Shown here: positions 40,905 to 50,840 of the stretch, piece by piece
Layout of the letters: every line of letters begins with the position of its first letter
How positions within the stretch are numbered: the stretch's first letter is position 1
Source of the DNA: an uncultured Spirochaetota bacterium
GTDB taxonomy: Bacteria; Spirochaetota; Spirochaetia; SZUA-6; CAVTHK01
Length of the DNA stretch: 64,000 nucleotides
Direction of reading: 5' to 3'
Assembly: GCA_963734495.1 (NCBI GenBank)
Contig: CAVTHK010000001.1
Coordinates: 384,001 to 448,000 of the forward strand
Position numbers and translations under genes: made by a program
The notes under the pieces: model-generated
The model's database searches: none
What the model was told of the DNA's origin: nothing
What the model saw: the letters and a program-made list of their open reading frames with translations, nothing else

Positions 40905-41827
40905 CTCTTGTCCCCCCCGCCCTTGTAGTAGACCCAGCGGCCGGAGAGCCGGAATTGGATGACCGTCAGCACCAGCAGGATCAGGAACAGCACCCAGGCC
41001 ATCGCGGAGCCATATCCCATCTTGAGCGACTGGAACGCGTTGATGTAGAGGTACAGCACGTAGACGAGCAGCGAGTCGAGCGGTCCCCCGCCGCCCCCGC
41101 CGAGCACGTACACCTGCGTGAACACCTGCATCATGCTGATCATCCCGATGACGATGTTGAAGAACAGCACCGGAGTCAGGTGGGGGAAGGTCACCGCGGT
41201 GAACTTGTGCCACGCGCGGCCGCCGTCGAGGTCCACGGCTTCGTAGAGCTGGTCCGGGATCGTCTGCAGCCCGCCGAGAAAGATGAGCATCGCCTGGCCG
41301 ATGTTGAAGGCCATCATGACGATCAGCGACGGCATCGCCCAGTGGGGGTCGCCCAGCCAGGAGGGCCCATTGACGCCCACCAGAGCCAGCAGCGAGTTGG
41401 CGAGCCCGTAGGTGGGCTCGAAGATCAACCGCCACAGCAGCGAGATCGCCACTCCCGCGGTCACGGTCGGAAGGTAGTAGACCGTGCGGAAGATGCCGAT
41501 GGCGCGGATCTTCTGGTTCAGCAGCATCGCCGCGGCGAGCGCGATCGAGATGCGCAGCGGCATACCCACGCCGACGTAGTAGAGCGTGTTCAGGAGGCTG
41601 CGCACCCAGTCCGGGTCGCCGAACAGCCGCACGTAGTTGCGCAGCCCGATGAACTGCGGCGGGGTCACGACATCGTACTTCGTGAGGCTGTAGTACAACG
41701 AGGCGATCATCGGCCCGAGGTGAAAGAGGATCACCCCGGTGACGACCGGCAGGATGAACAGGTAGTTCACCCTGTTCTTCCAGATGAGACGGCTCAGGGA
41801 AGTCGGGTTCCTCGCCATGGCGCTCAC
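40901..41827 (-). CDS. Carbohydrate ABC permease (MalF-like)
   Basis: SLYYSLT, FRTVYYLP, GLQTIP...YEAVDLDG, MGYGSA. Confidence 0.92.
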   Translation of the reverse strand: MSAMARNPTSLSRLIWKNRVNYLFILPVVTGVILFHLGPMIASLYYSLTKYDVVTPPQFIGLRNYVRLFGDPDWVRSLLNTLYYVGVGMPLRISIALAAAMLLNQKIRAIGIFRTVYYLPTVTAGVAISLLWRLIFEPTYGLANSLLALVGVNGPSWLGDPHWAMPSLIVMMAFNIGQAMLIFLGGLQTIPDQLYEAVDLDGGRAWHKFTAVTFPHLTPVLFFNIVIGMISMMQVFTQVYVLGGGGGGPLDSLLVYVLYLYINAFQSLKMGYGSAMAWVLFLILLVLTVIQFRLSGRWVYYKGGGDKR

Positions 41828-41832
41828 GACAA

Positions 41833-41858
41833 AGGGAGGCCCGCGGCCGGGCCTCCCT
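41833..41858 (-). terminator. 11-bp stem-loop after binding-protein gene
   Basis: AGGGAGGCCCG-CGGC-CGGGCCTCCCT. Confidence 0.55.
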
Positions 41859-41870
41859 CGAGTGCTGCGA

Positions 41871-43175
41871 CTAGTCCGCCAACGCCGCGTCGGCGCCCTT
41901 CTGCGCTGCCTTCAGCGCATCAGCCGGCGTCGCCTGGTTGAAGAGGACCTTCTGGACCTCCTTCGCGATGGCGCCGCTCACCGGAGTCCACTTGGGGTGG
42001 ATCTGGAAGACCACGGTGCCGGGGTCCTGCAGCTGCTTGATCAGGCCCTGGTACTGCGGCCCGTCGTAGATCGGCAGCTTCCAGTTGTCCTGCCACACCG
42101 AGACGTGGCCCTCGTAGGGCGCGAACAGGGCCTCCATGGCTTTGGAGGTGAAGAACTTCATGTACTCCCACGCCTGCGCCGGATTATCGCTGTTGCCGCT
42201 GACCATCCACTTCTGGTCCGCGATGTAGGTGGCGTGCACCGGATTGCCCGGCATCAGGTCCATCGCCCACTTCATGTTCGGCGCCGCCTTCTTGTACCGG
42301 GAGATGTGGCCGCCGTGGCCCCACCACATGGCGACCTTGCCGGCGAACTGCAGGGTTTCGCGGGCCGAGTCCTTGTCCGGTGGCAGCCACGACTTGCTGA
42401 CCCAGATGTTGTCGTGTATGTACTGCAGCGCCTGCTCGGCCTTCTGGTTGCCCGCCAGGGTGTAGACCGGCTTGCCCGCCTTGTACTCCATGATGCTTCC
42501 GCCGTTTTGCCGTGTCCAGCTGTCCAGCATCGTCTCGCGGCCGGTCGGGTCGTTGCGCGTGTAAGTGTACATGGCGAAGCCGTAGATGTCGGGCCCGAGG
42601 GAGTGGATCTTGCTCGAGTAACTGGCGAGCTCGTCCCAGGTCGCGGGCGGCTTCGTGAGGCCGGCCTGCGCGAAGAGGTCCGTGTTGTACGAGAACGTCA
42701 TCCAGTACTCGCCGCGCGGCAGCCCGTAGATCTTGCCCTGCCAGGAGCAGCCGTCCTCGACGTGCTTGAAGAAGAAGGGGCTCGCGTTCAGCTCCTTCTC
42801 CTTGTCGCGGTTCCAGTAGGCGGTCAGGTCCCTGAGCATCCCACGCGACGCGAAGTCGACCAGCAGGTCGCCCTTGGCGTACAGCACGTCCGGCCAGCTC
42901 TTGCTCACGTAGGTGGCAAGCAGCTTGGTGTACAGGTCGTTCCAGCCGCCCGGCACGTTGGTGAGCTCCACCGCGATCTTGGGATACTTCTTCTGGAACT
43001 CCGCGGTCACCGCCTCGAAGCCGGGGTAACGGACCGCATCGGCCTGAACCCAGACGGAGATCTTGGCGGGCTGGTCCGCGGCCGCCTTTCCCCCCTCGGA
43101 CTGGGCGCTCGCCCACGCAAAGGTGGACAGTCCCGCGAGGACCGCGAGCACCGCGAAGAAACGCATCTGCCTCAT
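41871..43175 (-). CDS. Sugar ABC extracellular solute-binding protein
   Basis: Signal peptide; GKIYGLP, YNTDLF, PPATWDEL; SD GAGGAG. Confidence 0.88.
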   Translation of the reverse strand: MRQMRFFAVLAVLAGLSTFAWASAQSEGGKAAADQPAKISVWVQADAVRYPGFEAVTAEFQKKYPKIAVELTNVPGGWNDLYTKLLATYVSKSWPDVLYAKGDLLVDFASRGMLRDLTAYWNRDKEKELNASPFFFKHVEDGCSWQGKIYGLPRGEYWMTFSYNTDLFAQAGLTKPPATWDELASYSSKIHSLGPDIYGFAMYTYTRNDPTGRETMLDSWTRQNGGSIMEYKAGKPVYTLAGNQKAEQALQYIHDNIWVSKSWLPPDKDSARETLQFAGKVAMWWGHGGHISRYKKAAPNMKWAMDLMPGNPVHATYIADQKWMVSGNSDNPAQAWEYMKFFTSKAMEALFAPYEGHVSVWQDNWKLPIYDGPQYQGLIKQLQDPGTVVFQIHPKWTPVSGAIAKEVQKVLFNQATPADALKAAQKGADAALAD

Positions 43176-43346
43176 AGCTCCTCCTCGTTCGGCAGTCGTC
43201 GGCACATCAAGGCCGGTTGACTCTGCTTTCCGGCACGTGGCAGATTGCCCGGCAACACATCAAGTCAAAGCGCCGGGTCGGCTCACGATACGATTGTAGC
43301 AGACCCCGGAGCGTCCGAGCAAGCGCGATCGCCACGGGAGGTGTTT

Positions 43347-44264
43347 GTGAACTACCGCAAGCTGGGGAACACGGGCCTCGTCGTTTCTGAAATCTCGATG
43401 GGCTGCAACCGGCTCGGCGAGCCGGAGCAGGGCGCGGATCACTGGACTTCCCTCGTGCGGAAAGCGGTCGACCTCGGGGTGAACCTCTTCGACACCTCCG
43501 AGTCTTACGGCTGGGGCGCGAGCGAGGAGATGCTCGGCCGCGGGCTCGAGGGTCTCGCGGACGTGTACGTGGCCACCAAGATCAGCCGCGTCAAGGAGAC
43601 CAATGCGAATGACTTCTCCGCGGCGCGCATCGTGGCGCAGGCCGAGGCGAGTCTCAAGCGCCTCCGTCGCGAAACGATCGACATCTATCAGCTCCACAGC
43701 CCGCGCCGCGAGGAGATGGAGCGCTTCGACTGGGTCGAGGGCCTGGAGAAGCTGCGCAAGGACGGCAAGATCCGCTTCCCCGCGGTGGCCTGCAACAGCG
43801 CGGCGGACGCCGTGTGGCTGATCCGCAAGGGGTACGTCCGGGCGCTGCAGATCACGTACAACATCTTCGAAACCGACGCGGAATCCGAGCTCTTCGCGCT
43901 CGCGCTCGAGAAGGGCGTGGGCCTCATGGGCCGCCTGCCGCTCGCGCAGGGCATCCTCACGGGGAAGTTCCAGGCGGGCAAGGAGGTGCCCAAGGGGCAT
44001 CGGGCGCACCTCGCCGGCAACAAGATGGCGAAGCTCATCGAGATGGCGGAGCAGCTCAAGCCGCTGGGAGCCGGCTATCCCGGCGGCATGGCCCGAATGG
44101 CGCACCATTTCGCCATCACGCCGCGCGCGATGTCGGCGACCATCCCGGGCGCGCGAACGCTCGAGCAGCTCGCGGACAACGTCGCCGCGTCCAACGGCGT
44201 CGGACTGGAGCCGGTTCTGAGACAAAAGATAGACGCGATCAGGGCTGGGTGGCGCAAGGAATAG
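43347..44264 (+). CDS. Aldo/keto reductase
   Basis: YRKLGNTGLVVSEISMG, FDTSESYG, DIYQLHSP, PLAQGILTGKF. Confidence 0.92.
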   Translation: MNYRKLGNTGLVVSEISMGCNRLGEPEQGADHWTSLVRKAVDLGVNLFDTSESYGWGASEEMLGRGLEGLADVYVATKISRVKETNANDFSAARIVAQAEASLKRLRRETIDIYQLHSPRREEMERFDWVEGLEKLRKDGKIRFPAVACNSAADAVWLIRKGYVRALQITYNIFETDAESELFALALEKGVGLMGRLPLAQGILTGKFQAGKEVPKGHRAHLAGNKMAKLIEMAEQLKPLGAGYPGGMARMAHHFAITPRAMSATIPGARTLEQLADNVAASNGVGLEPVLRQKIDAIRAGWRKE

Positions 44265-44280
44265 GGTCAAGGAGAAGGCA

Positions 44281-45267
44281 ATGGCCGAAGAGCTGAAGCT
44301 GGCAATCATCGGGTGCGCGACTTTCTCGTACGGGTTCCTCTACGACACGACCAAGACGCTCCCCGTCCGCCTCGTCGCCGCGAGCGACCCGAAGGCCGAG
44401 GCGCTCGCGCGTTTCGCCGGCCGCTACCACGTGCCCGCGACCTACGCGGACTGGAAGGAGATGCTCGCGCGGGAGAAACCCCAGGCCGTCCTGGTCTTCC
44501 CGCAGGGCCTCCCCCTCTACGAGGTCAACAAGGCGTGCCTCGAGGCCGGGGCCAATGTGTTCACGGAGAGGCCCGGCTGCGAGACGCGCGAGCAGGCAGC
44601 CGAGCTCGCGCGCGTGGAAGAGCGCACGGGCCGCTTCGTGATGGCGCGCTTCAACAAGCGTTACATCCCGGCTTACCGGATGGCGCGCGAGGTGATGCGC
44701 CGCCCGGAGTTCGGGGGCGCGACCATGTACCTCGCCAAGTACCACGCGGGGGAGTACGCCAGCGAGCAGGCGTTCCTCGAGAGCCACATCGTGCACCACG
44801 TCGATCTCGTCCGCTACTACCTGGGCGAGATCAGGAGCATGCGCGGCGACATCGTGCGCATCAGCCCCAAACAGGTCGGCGTCAACGCGTCGTTCGTCGC
44901 CGAATCGGGCGCGGTCGGCGTGCTGCAGTCGAGCTCGCTGCAGAGCCGCGGCTCCTACCCGCTGGAGCGGGTGGAGATCACGGGCCGGCAGCGCTGCGTG
45001 ATCGTCGACAACCTCACCCGAGTCGAGTACCACAGGCCCGGCTCCGCGAAGACGGCGGCCGAGCCGCCGGTGCTCGCCGAGGGCGGAGACAGCCTGGTGT
45101 GGGACCCGAGCATGACGCAGCTCGGCAACTACGGCCACAACGGCTTCGAGGCGATGACGCAGGAGCTGGTGTCCTGCACCCTCGAAGGCCGCACGCCCGA
45201 GCTGCACATGAGCGACGTCGTGCGCACGCTCGAGCTTCTCGACCGCCTGGTGGCCTCGCTGCGCTGA
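44281..45267 (+). CDS. Gfo/Idh/MocA family oxidoreductase (divergent)
   Basis: AIIGC, YADWKEML, NVFTERP (EKP variant), FNKRY, HHVD. Confidence 0.82.
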   Translation: MAEELKLAIIGCATFSYGFLYDTTKTLPVRLVAASDPKAEALARFAGRYHVPATYADWKEMLAREKPQAVLVFPQGLPLYEVNKACLEAGANVFTERPGCETREQAAELARVEERTGRFVMARFNKRYIPAYRMAREVMRRPEFGGATMYLAKYHAGEYASEQAFLESHIVHHVDLVRYYLGEIRSMRGDIVRISPKQVGVNASFVAESGAVGVLQSSSLQSRGSYPLERVEITGRQRCVIVDNLTRVEYHRPGSAKTAAEPPVLAEGGDSLVWDPSMTQLGNYGHNGFEAMTQELVSCTLEGRTPELHMSDVVRTLELLDRLVASLR

Positions 45268-45289
45268 GCGGACGCCGGCCCGGGTAGGC

Positions 45290-45319
45290 TTGACGCGCTT
45301 GAGAGCACCTCAGTAAGTT
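45290..45319 (+). promoter_or_regulatory. Putative promoter for TPP-regulated operon
   Basis: TTGACG-18 nt-TAAGTT just upstream of the aptamer. Confidence 0.5.
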
Positions 45320-45338
45320 GATCGCAGCTGTTTGACAA

Positions 45339-45438
45339 GATCCGAAGGGGAGCGCGGGCCGATCGCCGCGCTGAGAGGGGAGTACGCGTGACTCCCGACC
45401 CTGGAACCTGAACTGGGTAATACCAGCGGAGGGATCGG
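45339..45438 (+). ncRNA. TPP riboswitch (THI element)
   Basis: GGGGAG...GCTGAGAG...GACCC...GAACCTGA...GGGTAATACCAGCGGAGGGA conserved core; precedes thiamine ECF genes. Confidence 0.95.
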
Positions 45439-45458
45439 TGCTCGCACGTCGACCAACG

Positions 45459-45486
45459 CGCCGCCCTCCCGGGCGGCGTTTTTTTT
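45459..45486 (+). terminator. Intrinsic terminator (riboswitch expression platform)
   Basis: CGCCGCCC-TCCC-GGGCGGCG followed by T8. Confidence 0.85.
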
Positions 45487-45502
45487 GCTTCGGGAGGTTC
45501 CC

Positions 45503-46120
45503 GTGTTCGTGGGCTGCCAGTTTTCTCTCTATCCGATGACAGACCGCTTTGTGGAGGTCATCCTCTCGGCGGTCGACGGCCTCAAAGACCGCGGCGACCT
45601 CCGGGTCGAGACCGATGATCTCAGCACGCTGCTCGTCGGCTCTCCCAAGGCCGTCTTCGACGGGATCGAGCGCTGCTTCCTCAAGGCGGCCGCGGCTCCC
45701 GGTCACCTGATCCTCAACGCGACCTTTTCCCGTGGCTGCCCCGGCGAGCCTGACGACCCTCTCTGCCGGCCGGAGAAGCCGCAGGCGGCCGGCGCGCTGC
45801 TCGACGTTCCGCGCGTCCCTGAATCAGGCTGCGAGGTGGCCGCGCAGTTCGCGGTCTACCCGCTCGGCGCCGAGGGCTACATGGACGTGATCGCGCGAGA
45901 GATCGAGGAATCGAAGAGGGCCGGCGTCTTCGCCGGCGGAAAGCATTTCTGCACGCGGCTCGGCGGCGACGCCGCGCGGGTGTTCGCCGCGATGCTGAAC
46001 GCGTTCGAACGAGCGGGCGAACGGACCGGGCACGTGGTCCTCACGGCAACCGTGTCCAAGGGAAGCCCGACGAGATCGCCGTCCGCCGGAGAGCGGACCG
46101 GCAGGGGAGGAGAGGCATGA
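45503..46120 (+). CDS. ykoF: YkoF-like thiamine/HMP-binding protein
   Basis: CQFSLYPM, TDDLST, ATFSRGCPGE, AQFAVYPLG, YMDVI, HFCT; SD GGGAGG. Confidence 0.85.
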   Translation: MFVGCQFSLYPMTDRFVEVILSAVDGLKDRGDLRVETDDLSTLLVGSPKAVFDGIERCFLKAAAAPGHLILNATFSRGCPGEPDDPLCRPEKPQAAGALLDVPRVPESGCEVAAQFAVYPLGAEGYMDVIAREIEESKRAGVFAGGKHFCTRLGGDAARVFAAMLNAFERAGERTGHVVLTATVSKGSPTRSPSAGERTGRGGEA

Positions 46121-46737
46121 GTGAAACGACGGGCCGCCTGGAGGCGGCCGCTTCGGGCGTACCCGCGACGGGGCGGGGCTGGACGCTGCGGGAGACGCTG
46201 GTCGTCGCCATCGGCGGCGTGGTGTTCGCGTTCCTGTACCTCGGATGGGTGGAGGTCTGGCTGTTCGTGCAGGGGCTGACCGGGCCGCTGGCCATGGACG
46301 CGATGTTCGGCTTCTGGTTCTGCGCGTCCACGTTTGCCGCGTACATCATACGCAAGCCCGGCGTCGCCTTCGTCTCGGCGCTCGTCGCCGGCGCGACGGA
46401 GATCCTCGCGGGGAATCCTTCGGGTGCGATCCTGATGCTGACCGCCGCAGTGCAGGGTGCCGGGTCCGAGGTGCCCTTCGCCATCACGCGGTGGCGGAGC
46501 TATCGCCTGCCGGTCCTGCTCGCTTCGGGGGCCGCGGCCGCCGTGTTCAGCTTTGCCTACAACTGGGTCCGCTTCGGCTACTGGAAGCTGGCCGCGGGGC
46601 TTCTCGTGACCATGTTCGTCGTCCGAGTGGCGAGCGGGGCGCTGCTGGGAGGCTGGCTGGGCAAGCTCCTCGCCGACGCCGTTGCCCGCACGGGGGTCCT
46701 CAGAGGGCTCGGGATCGACGCGGCAAGGCGCGCATGA
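46117..46737 (+). CDS. ykoE: ECF transporter S component (YkoE-like)
   Basis: WTLRE, IIRKPGVA, VQGAGSE; about 6 TMs; operon context. Confidence 0.85.
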   Translation: MSETTGRLEAAASGVPATGRGWTLRETLVVAIGGVVFAFLYLGWVEVWLFVQGLTGPLAMDAMFGFWFCASTFAAYIIRKPGVAFVSALVAGATEILAGNPSGAILMLTAAVQGAGSEVPFAITRWRSYRLPVLLASGAAAAVFSFAYNWVRFGYWKLAAGLLVTMFVVRVASGALLGGWLGKLLADAVARTGVLRGLGIDAARRA

Positions 46738-48421
46738 GCGAGGTCGTGCGGCTCCGATGGCTTCTCGCTGCGCTACCCGCAGGCGGAAGCCCCGGCGCCG
46801 CGCGACCTCACGCTTTCGATCGCGAGCGGCGAGCGCGTGCTGCTCCTCGGCCCGAGCGGATCGGGCAAGAGCAGCCTGGCGCTCGCCCTCGCCGGCGTCA
46901 TTCCGCACGGCGTTCCCGCGATCCTCTCCGGGGTCTGCGTCGTCGCGGGCAGCGACGTGGCGGCGACGCAGCCCGCGGCGCTGGCACGCAAGGTCGCCAT
47001 CGTGTTCCAGGACCCGGAGAGCCAGTTCTGCACGCTCAGCGTCGAAGACGAAGTCGCCTTCACTCTCGAGAACAGGCGCGTCCCGGCCGCCGGGATGGGA
47101 CCGCGCATCGAAGCGGTGCTGGACCGAGTCGGTCTTGCACGCCACCGGGCGACGCGGCTCGACCGCCTGTCCGGAGGTGAGAAGCAGAAGGTCGCCTGCG
47201 CCGCCGCTCTCGCCGCCGAGCCCGAGCTTCTCATCTTCGACGAGGCGACCTCCAACCTGGACCCCGCGGGCGCGCGCGGGATGATGCGGCTCATCCGCGG
47301 GTTCCTCGAGCAGGATCGCGCGCGCACGTTCCTCCTCATCGAGCACCGCATCGACAGCTGCCTCGACCTCGTCACGCGCGTGCTCGTGCTCGATCGCTCA
47401 GGCGCCCTCATCGCCGACGGCGCGCCGCGGGACGTCTTTCTCGACCGCGCCGATCTGCTCGAACGCGAAGGGATCTGGCAGCCGGCGGCGGCGCGCCTGG
47501 CGCGCTCCCTGCGGGCCGGCGGGCTTCCTTTGCCCGGCGCGCTGGACCTCACGGAGGTCGTAGCGCTCCGTGCGCGGCGACCCCCGCGCCTCCCGACTGG
47601 TGCGAGAGTGGGCCCGCCCGGCGACCGCGGCTTCGCCGGGCCCGCCGGACGGGACTGCGGTCGAGATGTCGGCCGTGAGCTTCGGCTACCCCGGGGGCGG
47701 CGAGATCCTGAAGGAGGTGTCGCTCAGGATCAACGAGGCGGAGATCTTCGCTCTCGTCGGCGCCAACGGGGCCGGCAAGACGACGATCGCCCAGATCGTC
47801 TGCGGGCTCCTGAGGCCGACAAAGGGCGAAGCGCGGCTCTTCGGCCGACTCGCCTCGGTGATGCGCGCCCGCGAGGCGGCCCGCCTCTGCGGGCTCGTGT
47901 TCCAGAACCCCGAGCACCAGTTCGTCGCCGACACCGTCGCCGAGGAGCTCGCGTTCGGGCCGCGCAAGCTCGGCTCTCCGCCCGCGGAGATCGAGAGGCG
48001 CGTGAGCGCGCTCGTCCGCTCGCTCGGGCTCGAAGGGAGGGAAGCGGCGAGCCCCTTCGACCTGAGCGGCGGGCAGAAGCGGCGGTTGAGCGTCGCCGCG
48101 ATGCTCGAGGACGAGCGGAAGCTGCTCATCCTGGACGAGCCGACCTTCGGCCTCGACGCGGGAGGCGCGCGGGAGATCCGCGACGCGATCATGCGCCTCA
48201 ACCGCGAACGCATGACCATCCTTCTGATCAGCCACGACATGGAGCTCGTCTACGAGCTTTCGCATCGCGCGGCCGTGGTCGCGGGCGGGCGCATCGCGAG
48301 AGCCGGCGCGCCGGCAGAGCTGTTCCGCGACCGGGATCTTCTGGAATCCTCGGGGCTGGAGCCGCCGCCAGAGATCGCCGCTCTCGAGTCACTGGCGATG
48401 CCGGCCGGGAGCGCATTGTGA
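46734..48421 (+). CDS. ykoD: ECF transporter duplicated ATPase (YkoD-like), two +1 frameshifts (~46755, ~47570)
   Basis: GPSGSGKS/LSGGEKQK/FDE in frame 46837; GANGAGKT/LSGGQKRR/LDEPTFG in frame 47570. Confidence 0.85.
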
Positions 48422-49248
48422 GGCCGAGCCTGTCGGGCGGCCTGTTCGCTCAGTACGAGCGCGCGAGCCCCCTCGCGCGTATCAACCCGGTCGTCAAGCT
48501 CGCCGTCGCCCTCGGCATCATGATGGCGGCCACCGCGATCTTCGACGCCGCCGCGCTCGCGGCGCTGCTCGTCCTCGCCCTCGCGCTCACGGTGGTCGCC
48601 GGTCGCGTGCCGCTGCGCGTGCTCGGCCGCGGCCTTCTTCCCTTTATCCTGTTCGGGCTGGGTTATCTCTGGATGAACGCCCTCTTCCCGCGCGAGGGAT
48701 CGGCCGCCCCGCTCCTCGTCCTCGGGCCGCTCCGCGTCGACGGCCAGGGGCTCGCGAACGGCGCGACCATGGGGCTGCGCGCCCTCTGCTTCGGCGGCCA
48801 TTCGCTGCTGTTCGTGGCGACGACCGATCCCACGATCTTCGCGCTGAGCCTCGTCAGGCAGCTGCGCCTGTCGCCCAGGGCCGCCTACAGCCTGTTAGCC
48901 GCCTACCGGCTGCTGCCGCTCCTCGAGTCGGAGCTGCGCCAGATCCGCGCCGCTCACCGGATGCGCGGCGTGGGCGAGGGTCAAGGGCTGCGCGGCAAGG
49001 TGCTCCGCATCTACCGCTACACGCTGCCGCTCCTCGCCGGCTCGCTGCGGCGGGCGGGCAGGATCGCGGCGGCGATGGAGTCGCGCGGCTTCGACGGGTC
49101 GCGCGACCGCACGTGGTACCGCGACGTGCGGGTCGCGCGGAGGGACTGGCTGTACGCGGCGGCGATGACCGCGGCCCTCGCCGCGATCCTCGTGGCGGCC
49201 GGCTCGCTCGGGCGGCTTACGGCCTGGAGCGGCAGGCTCTGGGGTTAA
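48418..49248 (+). CDS. ykoC: ECF transporter T component (YkoC-like)
   Basis: INPVVKL, AHRMRG, AMESRGF. Confidence 0.85.
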   Translation: MRPSLSGGLFAQYERASPLARINPVVKLAVALGIMMAATAIFDAAALAALLVLALALTVVAGRVPLRVLGRGLLPFILFGLGYLWMNALFPREGSAAPLLVLGPLRVDGQGLANGATMGLRALCFGGHSLLFVATTDPTIFALSLVRQLRLSPRAAYSLLAAYRLLPLLESELRQIRAAHRMRGVGEGQGLRGKVLRIYRYTLPLLAGSLRRAGRIAAAMESRGFDGSRDRTWYRDVRVARRDWLYAAAMTAALAAILVAAGSLGRLTAWSGRLWG

Positions 49249-50768
49249 GCCAGGAGCACGCCGACCGAATGGGGCGGCAGCGCCACCCGCAGCCGGCCGT
49301 CCGCGGCGACGCTCACCTCGCGGCTCTCGACTCGGACCCTCGACGGCGCGTCGACGTCGTTCCAGGCGTCCTTGTCGGGCGCGACGAGGCAGGAAAAGCG
49401 GGGAGCGCGCCCGGCGCTGCCGCGCGCGTCGATCACCGCCTCGAGCTCGCGGTCCGGGTCGCGGTTCACCAGAGAAAGCGCCACGGCGCCTCCGCGCGAG
49501 TGGCGCGTCGCGGCCGCGTCCACCGCCGGGACCGGCACCGATTTCCCCTCGTGCGTGAGGTCGAGCACGGGCGCATCCTCCACCCACCAGTCGACGACCT
49601 CGTCGCCCATCATCTCCCCGTAGAGCCTGAAGACGTCGTAGGTCGAGCGCGTCACGACTCCGCCCGGGTGGGCGTAGATCGCACCGCGCGTGTTGACCAT
49701 CGGCGAGAAGTTCGCCATCCCGACGACGTCGCAGTGCGCGAGGCACTGATTCAGGAAGCAGGCCGCGAATATGGCGTCGGCGGTGGTGTACTGCGAGTTG
49801 GCGTCGTTGATGTCCCGCGGGGCGAGGTATGCGGCCGGCTCGACGGCGTCCAGGTTCGGATGATGCCAGCAGCGCAGGTTCCACTCGTCAAAGGCGATCC
49901 TGATCCTGTCGAGGAGGCCGAGAGCGCCCAGCAGGTGCCGCATGAACTGGATGCGCTCCCCGATGCGCGCGGAGAACACCATGCACGACTCGTAGGGCGA
50001 GACGCGGTCGCTCACGCGGTTCAGGCGGTCCCAGTAGCCGTGGATCGAAACCCAGTCGATCAAGGGCCCGGCCTCCTTGAGCAGCTGCACGTTCCAGTCG
50101 AAGGGCGCGGCCGTCGACCGGTAGGTCCTGTCCGCCGCGACGCACGCGGCGAAGATCTCGATCGAGGGGTCGACGCGCTTCATCATCTTGGCCGACTCGC
50201 GGACGAAAGCGCCCCACTCCGCCGCGGTCTTCGCCCCGATCTCGCCCGAGAGGTAGTTCTCGTTGCCGACGCTCCAGTACCTGACCCGGAAGGGATCGCG
50301 ATGGCCGTTCTCGATGCGTCTGCGCGCCCAGGGTCCGCCCGAAGCGAGGTTGCAGTACTCCACCCAGTCGCTCATCTCCTCCGCGGTGCCCGAGCCGGCG
50401 TTGGTGCAGATGTAGGGCTCCGAGCCGACCCGGCGGCAGAGCTCGACGAACTCGTCGGTGCCGAAACGGTTGGATTCCTCGACGCGCCAGGCCTTGTCGA
50501 AGGCGGGCGTGCGGCCCGTGCCGATCCCGTCTTTCCAGTGGTAAGCCGAGGCGAAGCAGCCGCCCGGCCAGCGGATCACGGGCGGCCTGATGCGACGCAC
50601 CGCCTCGATCACGTCGCTCCGGAATCCCGCTTCATCGGCGAGAGGCGAGCCCGGCTCGAAGATCCCGCCGTAGATCTGGCGGTGGAAGTGCTCGATGAAC
50701 TGGCCGTAAATCCTGGGATCGCGCCTGCCGACGAGCCTCGCCGGCTCCACGTGCACCTTCACATTCAC
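49245..50768 (-). CDS. GH51 alpha-L-arabinofuranosidase
   Basis: GQFIEH, RWPGGCF, FGTDEF, WSVGNE (acid/base), FDEWN (nucleophile). Confidence 0.92.
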   Translation of the reverse strand: MNVKVHVEPARLVGRRDPRIYGQFIEHFHRQIYGGIFEPGSPLADEAGFRSDVIEAVRRIRPPVIRWPGGCFASAYHWKDGIGTGRTPAFDKAWRVEESNRFGTDEFVELCRRVGSEPYICTNAGSGTAEEMSDWVEYCNLASGGPWARRRIENGHRDPFRVRYWSVGNENYLSGEIGAKTAAEWGAFVRESAKMMKRVDPSIEIFAACVAADRTYRSTAAPFDWNVQLLKEAGPLIDWVSIHGYWDRLNRVSDRVSPYESCMVFSARIGERIQFMRHLLGALGLLDRIRIAFDEWNLRCWHHPNLDAVEPAAYLAPRDINDANSQYTTADAIFAACFLNQCLAHCDVVGMANFSPMVNTRGAIYAHPGGVVTRSTYDVFRLYGEMMGDEVVDWWVEDAPVLDLTHEGKSVPVPAVDAAATRHSRGGAVALSLVNRDPDRELEAVIDARGSAGRAPRFSCLVAPDKDAWNDVDAPSRVRVESREVSVAADGRLRVALPPHSVGVLLA

Positions 50769-50840
50769 CGCTCGCTCCCTTCAACTCTTTTCCGGGGGAG
50801 TATAGCAGAGGGGGCGTTTCGAGGTATAAGAATCGTTCCC

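Noticed and set aside
38949-41435. Apparent 828-aa permease-GarR fusion, and similar 803-aa ATPase-T component (46837-49248) and 844-aa (30417-32951) ORFs
   Set aside because: Artefacts of +1 frameshifts and stop-poor frames; each real gene has its own start signal.
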